A stretch of DNA of 64,000 bases from Eledone cirrhosa (Eukaryota): contig OZ024740.1 of assembly GCA_964016885.1 (NCBI GenBank), positions 69,874,001 through 69,938,000 of the forward strand, given 5' to 3'. The notes under the pieces were generated by a model. The model searched no databases and was not told the DNA's origin. It was given only the letters and a program-made list of their open reading frames with translations. Position 1 is the first letter of the stretch, and each line of letters starts with the position of its first letter. Positions 26,601 to 41,600 of this stretch are shown here, piece after piece. The position numbers and the translations under genes are program-made.

Positions 26601-29600
26601 TAACAACAGCAACAGCAGCAACAACAATAACAATAGTAGTAACAACAGCAACAGCAGCAACAACAATAACAATAGTAGTAACAACAGCAACTGCAACAAC
26701 AACAATAACAATAGTAGTAACAACAGCAACAGCAGCAACAACAATAACAATAGTAGTAACAACAGCAACAGCAACAACAACAATAAGAATAGTAGCAACA
26801 ACAGCAACAGCAGCAACAACAACAATAACAATAGTAGTAACAGCAGCAACAGCAACAACAACAATAACAATAGTAGCAACAACAGCAACAGCAACAACAA
26901 CAATAACAATAGTAGCAACAACAGCAACAGTAGCAACAACAACAATAACAATAGTAGTAACAACAGCAACAGCAACAACAACAATAACAATAGTAGCAAC
27001 AACAACAACAACAACAATAACAATAGTAGTAACAACAGCAACAGCAGCAGCAACAACAATAACAATAGTAGTAACAACAGCAACAGCAGCAGCAACAATA
27101 ACAATAGTAGTAACAACAGCAACAGCAGCAACAACAATAACAATAGTAGTAACAACAGCAACAGCAGCAGCAACAATAACAATAGTAGTAACAACAGCAG
27201 CAACAACAACAACAACAATAACGATAGTAGTAACAACAGCAACAGTAGCAGCAACAATAACAATAGTAGCATCAACAGCAACAGCAGCAACAACAATAAC
27301 AATAGTAGTAACAACAGCAACAGCAGCAACAACAATAACAATAGTAGTAACAACAGCAACAGCAGCAACAACAATAACAATAGTAGTAACAACAGCAACA
27401 GCAGCAGCAACAATAACAATAGTAGTAACAACAGCAGCAACAACAACAACAACAATAACGATAGTAGTAACAACAGCAACAGCAGCAGCAACAATAACAA
27501 TAGTAGCATCAACAGCAACAGCAGCAACAACAATAACAATAGTAGTAACAACAGCAACAGCAGCAACAACAATAACAATAGTAGTAACAACAGCAACAGC
27601 AACAACAACAATAACCATAGTAGTAACAACAGCAACAGCAGCAACAACAATAACAATAGTAGTAACAACAGCAACAGCAACAACAACAATAACAATAGTA
27701 GCAACAACAGCAACAACAACAATAACAATAGTAGTAAGAACAGCAACAGCAGCAGCAACAACAATAACAATAGTAGTAAAACAGCAACAGCAGCAACAAA
27801 AACCATAACAATAGTAGTAACAACAGCAACAGCAGCAGCAACAACAACAATAACAATAGTAGTAACAACAGCAACAGCAGCAACAACAATAACAATAGTA
27901 GTAACAGCAGCAACAGCAGCAGCAGCACTAACAATAGTAGTAACAACAGCAACAGCAGCAGCAACAATAACAATAGTAGTAACATTAGCAACAACAATAA
28001 CAATAGTAGTAACAACAGCAACAGCGGCAACAACAATAACAATAGTAGTAAAAACAGCAACAGCAACAACAACAATAACAATAGTAGCAACAACAGCAAC
28101 AGCAGCAGCAACAACAATAACAATAGTAGCAACAACAGCAACAGCAGCAACAACAACAATAACAATAGTAGTAACAACAGCAACGTCAGCAACAACAACA
28201 ATAACAATAGTAGTAAAAACAGCAACAACAATAACAATAGTGGAAACAACAGCAACAGCAGCAACAACAATAACAATAGTAGTAACAACAGCAACAACAA
28301 TAACAATAGTAGTAACAACAGAAACAGCAGCAACAACAACAACAATAGTATTAACAACAGCAACAGCAACAACAACAATAACAATAGTAGTAACAACAGA
28401 AACAGCAGCAACAACAATAACAATAGTAGTAATAACAGCAACAGCAGCAACAACAATAGTAGTAACAACAGCAACAGCAGCAACAACAATAACAATAGTA
28501 GCAACAAAAGCAACAGCAGCAACAACAATAACAATAGTAGTAACAACAGCAACAGCAACAACAACAATAACAATAGTAGTAACAACAGCAACAACAACAA
28601 CAACAATAACAATAGTAGTAACAATAGCAACAGCAACAACAACAATAACAATAGAAGTAACAACAGCAACAGCAACAACAACAATAACAATAGTAGTAAC
28701 AACAGCAACAAAAACAATAACAATTGTAGTAACAACAGTAACAACAGCAGCAACAACATTAACAATAGTTGTAACAATAGCAACAGCAACAACAACAATA
28801 ACAATAGTAGTAACAACAGCAGCAACAACAACAACAATAACAATAGTAGCAACAACAGCAACAGCAGCAGCAACAACAATAACAATAGTAGTAACAACAG
28901 CAACAGCAGCAACAACAATAACAATAGTAGCAACAACAGCAACAGCAGCAGCAACAACAATAACAATAGTAGCAACAACAGCAACAGCAGCAGCAACAAC
29001 AATAACAATAGTAGTAACAGCAGCAACAGCAGCAACAACAATAACAATAGTAGCAACAACAGCAACAGCAGCAGCAACAATAAAAATAGTAGTAACAACA
29101 GCAACAGCAACAACAACAATAACAATAGTAGCAACAACAGCAACAACAACAATAACAATAGTAGTAACAACAGCAACAGCAGCAGCAACAACAATAACAA
29201 TAGTAGTAAAACAGCAACAGCAGCAACAAAAACCATAACAATAGTAGTAACAACAACAACAGCAGCAGCAACAACAACAATAACAATAGTAGTAACAACA
29301 GCAACAGCAGCAACAACAATAACAATAGTAGTAACAGCAGCAACAGCAGCAGCAGCACTAACAATAGTAGTAACAACAGCAACAGCAGCAGCAACAATAA
29401 CAATAGTAGTAACATCAGCAACAACAATAACAATAGTAGTAACAACAGCAACAGCGGCAACAACAATAACAATAGTAGTAAAAACAGCAACAGCAACAAC
29501 AACAATAACAATAGTAGCAACAACAGCAACAGCAGCAGCAACAACAATAACAATAGTAGCAACAACAGCAACAGCAGCAACAACAACAATAACAATAGTA

Positions 29601-32600
29601 GTAACAACAGCAACATCAGCAACAACAACAATAACAATAGTAGTAACAACAGCAACAACAATAACAATAGTGGAAACAACAGCAACAGCAGCAACAACAA
29701 TAACAATAGTAGCAACAACAGCAAAAACAATAACAATAGTAGTAACAACAGAAACAGCAGCAACAACAACAACAATAGTAGTAACAACAGCAACAGCAAC
29801 AACAACAATAACAATAGTAGTAACAACAGAAACAGCAGCAACAACAATAACAATAGTAGTAATAACAGCACAGCAGCAACAACAATAGTAGTAACAACAG
29901 CAACAGCAGCAACAACAATAACAATAGTAGCAACAAAAGCAACAGCAGCAACAACAATAACAATAGTAGTAACAATAGCAACAGCAACAACAACAATAAC
30001 AATAGTAGTAACAACAGCAACAGCAACAACAACAATAACAATAGTAGTAACAACAGCAACAAAAACAATAACAATTGTAGTAACAACAGTAACAACAGCA
30101 GCAACAACATTAACAATAGTAGTAACAATAGCAACAGCAACAACAACAATAACAATAGTAGTAACAACAGCAGCAACAACAACAACAATAACAATAGTAG
30201 CAACAACAACAACAGCAGCAGCAACAACAATAACAATAGTAGTAACAACAGCAACAGCAGCAACAACAATAACAATAGTAGCAACAACAGCAACAGCAGC
30301 AGCAACAACAATAACATTAGTAGCAACAACAGCAACAGCAGCAGCAACAACAATAACAATAGTAGTAACAGCAGCAACAGCAGCAACAACAATAACAATA
30401 GTAGCAACAACAGCAACAGCAGCAACAACAACAATAACAATAGTAGTAACAACAGCAACATCAGCAACAACAACAATAACAATAGTAGTAACAACAGCAA
30501 CAACAATAACAATAGTGGAAACAACAGCAACAGCAGCAACAACAATAACAATAGTAGTAACAACAGCAAAAACAATAACAATAGTAGTAACAACAGAAAC
30601 AGCAGCAACAACAACAACAATAGTAGTAACAACAGCAACAGCAACAACAACAATAACAATAGTAGTAACAACAGAAACAGCAGCAACAACAATAACAATA
30701 GTAGTAATAACAGCACAGCAGCAACAACAATAGTAGTAACAACAGCAACAGCAGCAACAACAATAACAATAGTAGCAACAAAAGCAACAGCAGCAACAAC
30801 AATAACAATAGTAGTAACAATAGCAACAGCAACAACAACAATAACAATAGTAGTAACAACAGCAACAGCAACAACAACAATAACAATAGTAGTAACAACA
30901 GCAACAAAAACAATAACAATTGTAGTAACAACAGTAACAACAGCAGCAACAACATTAACAATAGTAGTAACAATAGCAACAGCAACAACAACAATAACAA
31001 TAGTAGTAACAACAGCAGCAACAACAACAACAATAACAATAGTAGCAACAACAACAACAGCAGCAGCAACAACAATAACAATAGTAGTAACAACAGCAAC
31101 AGCAGCAACAACAATAACAATAGTAGCAACAACAGCAACAGCAGCAGCAACAACAATAACATTAGTAGCAACAACAGCAACAGCAGCAGCAACAACAATA
31201 ACAATAGTAGTAACAGCAGCAACAGCAGCAACAACAATAACAATAGTAGCAACAACAGCAACAGCAGCAGCAACAATAAAGATAGTAGTAACAACAGCAA
31301 CAGCAGCAGCAACAATAACAATAGTAGCATCAACAGCAGCAGCAGCAACAACAATAACAATAGTAGTAACAACAGCAACAGCAACAACAACAATAACAAT
31401 AGTAGTAACAACAGCAACAGCAGCAACAACAATAACAATAGTAGTAACAACAGCAACAGCAACAACAACAATAACAATAGTAGCAACAACAGCAACAGCA
31501 ACAACAACAATAACAATAGTAGCAACAACAGCAACAGCAGCAACAACAACAATAACAATAGTAGTAACAACAGCAACAGCAACAACAACAATAACAATAG
31601 TAGCAACAACAGCAACAGCAACAACAACAATAACAATAGTAGCAACAACAGCAACAGCAACAACAACAATAACAATAGTAGCAACAACAGCAACAACAAC
31701 AATAACAATAGTAGTAACAACAGCAACAGCAGCAGCAACAACAATAACAATAGTAGTAACAACAGCAACAGCAGCAGCAACAATAACAATAGTAGTAACA
31801 ACAGCAACAGCAGCAGCAACAATAACAATAGTAGTAACAACAGCAGCAACAACAACAACAACAATAACGATAGTAGTAACAACAGCAACAGCAGCAGCAA
31901 CAATAACAATAGTAGCAACAACAGCAAAAGCAACAACAACAATAACAATAGTAGCAACAACAGCAACAGCAGCAGCAACAACAATAACAATAGTAGTAAC
32001 AGCAGCAACAGCAGCAACAACAATAACAATAGTAGCAACAACAGCAACAGCAGCAGCAACAATAACAATAGTAGTAACAACAGCAGCAACAACAACAACA
32101 ACAATAACGATAGTAGTAACAACAGCAACAGCAGCAGCAACAATAACAATAGTAGCATCAACAGCAACAGCAGCAACAACAATAACAATAGTAGTAACAA
32201 CAGCAACAGCAGCAACAACAATAACAATAGTAGTAACAACAGCAACAGCAGCAACAACAATAACAATAGTAGTAACAACAGCAACAGCAACAACAACAAT
32301 AACAATAGTAGCAACAACAGCAACAACAACAATAACAATAGTAGTAACAACAGCAACAGCAGCAGCAACAACAATAACAATAGTAGTAACAACAGCAACA
32401 GCAGCAACAAAAACCATAACAATAGTAGTAACAACAGCAACAGCAGCAACAACAACAACAATAACAATAGTAGTAATAACAGCAACAGCAGCAACAAAAA
32501 CCATAACAATAGTAGTAACAACAGCAACAGCAGCAGCAACAACAATAACAATAGTAGTAACAAAAGCAACAGCAGCAGCAACAACAACAATAACAATAGT

Positions 32601-35600
32601 AGTAACAACAGCAACAGCAGCAACAAAAACCATAACAATAGTAGTAACAACAGCAACAGCAGCAACAACAACAACAATAACAATAGTAGTAACAACAGCA
32701 AGAGCAGCAGCAACAACAACAATAACAATAGTATTAACAACAGCAGCAACAACAATAACAATAGTAGTAACAACACCAACAGCAGCAACAACAATAACAA
32801 TAGTAGTAACTACAGCAACAGCAGCAGCAACACTAACAATAGTAGCAACAACAGCAACAACAACAATAACAATAGTAGTAACAACAGCAACAGCAGCAGC
32901 AACAACAATAACAATAGTAGTAACCACAGCAGCAACAACAACAACAATAACAATAGTAGTAACAACAGCAACAACAACAACAACAATAACAATAGTAGTT
33001 TACAACAGCAACAGCAACAACAACAATAACAATAGTAGTAACAACAGCAACAGCAGCAACAACAATAACAATAGTAGTAACAACAGCAACAGCAGCAACA
33101 ACAATAATAATAGTAGTAACAACAGCAACAGCAGCAGCAACAACAATAACAATAGTAGTAACCACAGCAGCAACAACAACAACAATAACAATAGTAGTAA
33201 CAACAGCAACAACAACAACAACAATAACAATAGTAGTTTACAACAGCAACAGCAACAACAACAATAACAATAGTAGTAACAACAGCAACATCAGCAACAA
33301 CAATAACAATAGTAGTAACAACAGCAACAGCAGCAACAACAATAATAATAGTAGTAACAACAGCAACAGCAGCAGCAACAACAATAACAATAGTAGTAAC
33401 CACAGCAGCAACAACAACAACAATAACAATAGTAGTAACCACAGCAGCAACAACAACAACAATAACAATAGTAGTAACAACAGCAACAACAACAACAACA
33501 ATAACAATAGTAGTTTACAACAGCAACAGCAACAACAACAATAACAATAGTAGTAACAACAGCAACAGCAGCAACAACAATAACAATAGTAGTAACAACA
33601 GCAACAGCAGCAACAACAATAATAATAGTAGTAACAACAGCAACAGCAGCAGCAACAACAATAACAATAGTAGTAACCACAGCAGCAACAACAACAACAA
33701 TAACAATAGTAGTAACAACAGCAACAACAACAACAACAATAACAATAGTAGTTTACAACAGCAACAGCAACAACAACAATAACAATAGTAGTAACAACAG
33801 CAACAGCAGCAACAACAATAACAATAGTAGTAACAACAACAACAGCAGAAAACAACAATAACAATAGTAGTAACAACAGCAACAGCAACAACAACAATAA
33901 CAATAGTAGCAACAACAGCAACAACAACAATAACAATAGTAGTAACAACAGCAACAGCAGCAGCAACAACAATAACAATAGTAGTAACAACAGCAACAGC
34001 AGCAACAAAAACCATAACAATAGTAGTAACAACAGCAACAGCAGCAACAACAACAACAATAACAATAGTAGTAACAACAGCAACAGCAGCAACAACAACA
34101 ACAATAACAATAGTAGTAACAACAGCAACAGCAGCAACAAAAACCATAACAATAGTAGTAACAACAGCAACAGCAGCAACAACAACAACAATAACAATAG
34201 TAGTAACAACAGCAACAGCAGCAGCAACAACAACAATAACAATAGTAGTAACAACAGCAACAGCAGCAACAAAAACCATAACAATAGTAGTAACAACAGC
34301 AACAGCAGCAACAACAACAACAATAACAATAGTAGTAACAACAGCAATAGCAGCAGCAACAACAACAATAACAATAGTAGTAACAACAGCAGCAACAACA
34401 ATAACAATAGTAGTAATAACACCAACAGCAGCAACAACAATAACAATAGTAGTAACTACAGCAACAGCAGCAGCAGCACTAACAATAGTAGCAACAACAG
34501 CAACAACAACAATAACAATAGTAGTAACAACAGCAACAGCAGCAGCAACAACAATAACAATAGTAGTAACCACAGCAGCAACAACAACAATAATAACAAT
34601 AGTAGTAACAACAGCAACAACAGCAACAACAATAACAATAGTAGTAACAACAGCAACAGCAACAACAACAATAACAATAGTAGTAACAACAGCAACAGCA
34701 GCAACAACAATAACAATAGTAGTAACAACAGCAACAGCAACAACAACAATAACAATAGTAGTAACAACAGCAACAGCAGCAACAACAATAACAATAGTAG
34801 TAACTACAGCAACAGCAGCAGCAGCACTAACAATAGTAGCAACAACAGCAACAACAACAATAACAATAGTAGTAACAACAGCAACAGCAGCAACAACAAT
34901 AACAATAGTAGTAACAACAGCAGCAAGAACAACAACAATAACAATAGTAGCAACAACAGCAACAGCAACAACAACAATAACAATAGTAGTAACAACAGCA
35001 GCAAGAACAACAGCAATAACAATAGTAGTAACAACAGCAACAGCAGCAACAACAATAACAATAGTAGCAACAACAGCAACAGCAACATTAATAATAGTAG
35101 TAACAACAGCAACAACAACAACAACAACAATAACAATAGTAGCAACAACAGTAACAACAACAACAATAACAATAGTAGCAACAACGGCAACAGCAGCAGC
35201 AACAACAATAACAATAGTAGGAACAACAGCAACAGCAGCAACAACCACAATAAAAATAGTAACAACAACAGAAACAGCAGCAACAACAATAACAATAGTA
35301 GTAACAACAGCAGCAACAACAATAACAATAGTAGCAACAACAGCAACAGCAGCAACAACAATAACAATAGTAGTAACAACAGCAACAGCAACAACAACAA
35401 TCACAATAGTAGTAACAACAGCAACAATAACAATAACAATTACAATAGTAGCACAAGAGCAGCAACAACAATAACAATAGTAGTAACAACAGCAACAGCA
35501 ACAACAACAATAACAATAGTAGTAACAACAGCAACAGCAACAACAACAATAACAATAGTAGCAACAACAGCAACAGCAGCAGCAACAACAATAACAATAG

Positions 35601-38600
35601 TAGCAACAACAGCAACAGCAGCAACAACAACAATAACAATAGTAGTAACAACATCAACATCAGCAACAACAACAATAACAATAGTAGTAAAAACAGCAAC
35701 AACAATAACAATAGTGGAAACAACAGCAACAGCAGCAACAACAATAACAATAGTAGTAACAACAGCAACAACAATAACAATAGTAGTAACAACAGAAACA
35801 GCAGCAACAACAACAACAATAGTAGTAACAACAGCAACAGCAACAACAACAATAACAATAGTAGTAACAACAGAAACAGCAGCAACAACAATAACAATAG
35901 TAGTAATAACAGCAACAGCAGCAACAACAATAGTAGTAACAACAGCAACAGCAGCAACAACAATAACAATAGTAGCAACAAAAGCAACAGCAGCAACAAC
36001 AATAACAATAGTAGTAACAACAGCAACAGCAAAAACAACAATAACAATAGTAGTAACAACAGCAACAACAACAACAACAATAACAATAGTAGTAACAATA
36101 GCAACAGCAACAACAACAATAACAATAGAAGTAACAACAGCAACAGCAACAACAACAATAACGATAGTAGTAACAACAGCAACAAAAACAATAACAATTG
36201 TAGTAACAACAGTAACAACAGCAGCAACAACATTAACAATAGTTGTAACAATAGCAACAGCAACAACAACAATAACAATAGTAGTAACAACAGCAGCAAC
36301 AACAACAACAATAACAATAGTAGCAACAACAGCAACAGCAGCAGCAACAACAATAACAATAGTAGTAACAACAGCAACAGCAGCAACAACAATAACAATA
36401 GTAGCAACAACAGCAACAGCAGCAGCAACAACAATAACAATAGTAGCAACAACAGCAACAGCAGCAGCAACAACAATAACAATAGTAGTAACAGCAGCAA
36501 CAGCAGCAACAACAATAACAATAGTAGCAACAACAGCAACAGCAGCAGCAACAATAAAAATAGTAGTAACAACAGCAACAGCAACAACAACAATAACAAT
36601 AGTAGCAACAACAGCAACAACAACAATAACAATAGTAGTAACAACAGCAACAGCAGCAGCAACAACAATAACAATAGTAGTAAAACAGCAACAGCAGCAA
36701 CAAAAACCATAACAATAGTAGTAACAACAGCAACAGCAGCAGCAACAACAACAATAACAATAGTAGTAACAACAGCAACAGCAGCAACAACAATAACAAT
36801 AGTAGTAACAGCAGCAACAGCAGCAGCAGCACTAACAATAGTAGTAACAACAGCAACAGCAGCAGCAACAATAACAATAGTAGTAACATCAGCAACAACA
36901 ATAACAATAGTAGTAACAACAGCAACAGCGGCAACAACAATAACAATAGTAGTAAAAACAGCAACAGCAACAACAACAATAACAATAGTAGCAACAACAG
37001 CAACAGCAGCAGCAACAACAATAACAATAGTAGCAACAACAGCAACAGCAGCAACAACAACAATAACAATACTAGTAACAACAGCAACATCAGCAACAAC
37101 AACAATAACAATAGTAGTAACAACAGCAACAACAATAACAATAGTGGAAACAACAGCAACAGCAGCAACAACAATAACAATAGTAGTAACAACAGCAAAA
37201 ACAATAACAATAGTAGTAACAACAGAAACAGCAGCAACAACAACAACAATAGTAGTAACAACAGCAACAGCAACAACAACAATAACAATAGTAGTAACAA
37301 CAGAAACAGCAGCAACAACAATAACAATAGTAGTAATAACAGCACAGCAGCAACAACAATAGTAGTAACAACAGCAACAGCAGCAACAACAATAACAATA
37401 GTAGCAACAAAAGCAACAGCAGCAACAACAATAACAATAGTAGTAACAATAGCAACAGCAACAACAACAATAACAATAGTAGTAACAACAGCAACAGCAA
37501 CAACAACAATAACAATAGTAGTAACAACAGCAACAAAAACAATAACAATTGTAGTAACAACAGTAACAACAGCAGCAACAACATTAACAATAGTAGTAAC
37601 AATAGCAACAGCAACAACAACAATAACAATAGTAGTAACAACAGCAGCAACAACAACAACAATAACAATAGTAGCAACAACAACAACAGCAGCAGCAACA
37701 ACAATAACAATAGTAGTAACAACAGCAACAGCAGCAACAACAATAACAATAGTAGCAACAACAGCAACAGCAGCAGCAACAACAATAACATTAGTAGCAA
37801 CAACAGCAACAGCAGCAGCAACAACAATAACAATAGTAGTAACAGCAGCAACAGCAGCAACAACAATAACAATAGTAGCAACAACAGCAACAGCAGCAGC
37901 AACAATAAAGATAGTAGTAACAACAGCAACAGCAGCAGCAACAATAACAATAGTAGCATCAACAGCAGCAGCAGCAACAACAATAACAATAGTAGTAACA
38001 ACAGCAACAGCAACAACAACAATAACAATAGTAGTAACAACAGCAACAGCAGCAACAACAATAACAATAGTAGTAACAACAGCAACAGCAACAACAACAA
38101 TAAGAATAGTAGCAACAACAGCAACAGCAGCAACAACAACAATAACAATAGTAGTAACAACAGCAACAGCAACAACAACAATAACAATAGTAGCAACAAC
38201 AGCAACAGCAACAACAACAATAACAATAGTAGCAACAACAGCAACAGCAGCAACAACAACAATGACAATAGTAGTAACAACAGCAACAGCAACAACAACA
38301 ATAACAATAGTAGCAACAACAGCAACAGCAACAACAACAATAACAATAGTAGCAACAACAGCAACAGCAACAACAACAATAACAATAGTAGCAACAACAG
38401 CAACAACAACAATAACAATAGTAGTAACAACAGCAACAGCATCAGCAACAACAATAACAATAGTAGTAACAACAGCAACAGCAGCAGCAACAATAACAAT
38501 AGTAGTAACAACAGCAGCAACAACAACAACAACAATAACGATAGTAGTAACAACAGCAACAGCAGCAGCAACAATAACAATAGTAGCATCAACAGCAACA

Positions 38601-41600
38601 GCAGCAACAACAATAACAATAGTAGTAACAACAGCAACAGCAGCAACAACAATAACAATAGTAGTAACAACAGCAACAGCAGCAACAACAATAACAATAG
38701 TAGTAACAACAGCAACAGCAGCAGCAACAATAACAATAGTAGTAACAACAGCAGCAACAACAACAACAACAATAACGATAGTAGTAACGACAGCAACAGC
38801 AGCAGCAACAATAACAATAGTTGCATCAACAGCAACAGCAGCAACAACAATAACAATAGTAGTAACAACAGCAACAGCAACAACAACAATAACAATAGTA
38901 GCATCAACAGCAACAGCAGCAACAACAATAACAATAGTAGTAACAACAGCAACAGCAGCAACAACAATAACAATAGTAGTAACAACAGCAACGGCAGCAA
39001 CAACAATAACAATAGTAGTAACAACAGCAACAGCAACAACAACAATAACAATAGTAGTAACAACAGCAACAGCAGCAACAACAATAACAATAGTAGTAAC
39101 AACAGCAACAGCAACAACAACAATAACAATAGTAGCAACAACAGCAACAGCAGCAACAACAACAATAACAATAGTAGTAACAACAGCAACAGCAACAACA
39201 ACAATAACAATAGTAGCAACAACAGCAACAGCAACAACAACAATAACAATAGTAGCAACAACAGCAACAGCAGCAACAACAACAATAACAATAGTAGTAA
39301 CAACAGCAACAGCAACAACAACAATAACAATAGTAGCAACAACAGCAACAGCAACAACAACAATAACAATAGTAGCAACAACAGCAACAGCAACAACAAC
39401 AATAACAATAGTAGCAACAACAGCAACAACAACAATAACAATAGTAGTAACAACAGCAACAGCAGCAGCAACAACAATAACAATAGTAGTAACAACAGCA
39501 ACAGCAGCAGCAACAATAACAATAGTAGTAACAACAGCAGCAACAACAACAACAACAATAACGATAGTAGTAACAACAGCAACAGCAGCAGCAACAATAA
39601 CAATAGTAGCAACAACAGCAAAAGCAACAACAACAATAACAATAGTAGCAACAACAGCAACAGCAGCAGCAACAACAATAACAATAGTAGTAACAGCAGC
39701 AACAGCAGCAACAACAATAACAATAGTAGCAACAACAGCAACAGCAGCAGCAACAATAACAATAGTAGTAACAACAGCAGCAACAACAACAACAACAATA
39801 ACGATAGTAGTAACAACAGCAACAGCAGCAGCAACAATAACAATAGTAGCATCAACAGCAACAGCAGCAACAACAATAACAATAGTAGTAACAACAGCAA
39901 CAGCAGCAACAACAATAACAATAGTAGTAACAACAGCAACAGCAGCAACAACAATAACAATAGTAGTAACAACAGCAACAGCAACAACAACAATAACAAT
40001 AGTAGCAACAACAGCAACAACAACAATAACAATAGTAGTAACAACAGCAACAGCAGCAGCAACAACAATAACAATAGTAGTAACAACAGCAACAGCAGCA
40101 ACAAAAACCATAACAATAGTAGTAACAACAGCAACAGCAGCAACAACAACAACAATAACAATAGTAGTAATAACAGCAACAGCAGCAACAAAAACCATAA
40201 CAATAGTAGTAACAAAAGCAACAGCAGCAGCAACAACAACAATAACAATAGTAGTAACAACAGCAACAGCAGCAACAAAAACCATAACAATAGTAGTAAC
40301 AACAGCAACAGCAGCAACAACAACAACAATAACAATAGTAGTAACAACAGCAAGAGCAGCAGCAACAACAACAATAACAATAGTAGTAACAACAGCAGCA
40401 ACAACAATAACAATAGTAGTAACAACACCAACAGCAGCAACAACAATAACAATAGTAGTAACTACAGCAACAGCAGCAGCAACACTAACAATAGTAGCAA
40501 CAACAGCAACAACAACAATAACAATAGTAGTAACAACAGCAACAGCAGCAGCAACAACAATAACAATAGTAGTAACCACAGCAGCAACAACAACAACAAT
40601 AACAATAGTAGTAACAACAGCAACAACAACAACAACAATAACAATAGTAGTTTACAACAACAACAGCAACAACAACAATAACAATAGTAGTAACAACAGC
40701 AACAGCAGCAACAACAATAACAATAGTAGTAACAACAGCAACAGCAACAACAACAATAACAATAGTAGTAACAACAGCAACAGCAGCAACAACAATAATA
40801 ATAGTAGTAACTACAGCAACAGCAGCAGCAGCACTAACAATAGTAGCAACAACAGCAACAACAACAATAACAATAGTAGTAACAACAGCAACAGCAGCAA
40901 CAACAATAACAATAGTAGTAACAACAGCAACAGCAACAACAACAATAACAATAGTAGTAACAACAGCAACAGCAGCAACAACAATAATAATAGTAGTAAC
41001 TACAGCAACAGCAGCAGCAGCACTAACAATAGTAGCAACAACAGCAACAACAACAATAACAATAGTAGTAACAACTGCAACAGCAGCAACAACAATAACA
41101 ATAGTAGTAACAACAGCAACAGCAGAAAACAACAATAACAATAGTAGTAACAACAGCAACAGCAACAACAACAATAACAATAGTAGCAACAACAGCAACA
41201 ACAACAATAACAATAGTAGTAACAACAGCAACAACAATAACAATAGTGGAAACAACAGCAACAGCAGCAGCAACAACAATAACAATAGTAGTAACAACAG
41301 CAACAGCAGCAACAAAAACCATAACAATAGTAGTAACAACAGCAACAGCAGCAACAACAACAACAATAACAATAGTAGTAACAACAGCAACAGCAGCAAC
41401 AAAAACCATAACAATAGTAGTAACAACAGCAACAGCAGCAACAACAACAACAATAACAATAGTAGTAACAACAGCAACAGCAGCAGCAACAACAACAATA
41501 ACAATAGTAGTAACAACAGCAACAGCAGCAACAAAAACCATAACAATAGTAGTAACAACAGCAACAGCAGCAACAACAACAACAATAACAATAGTAGTAA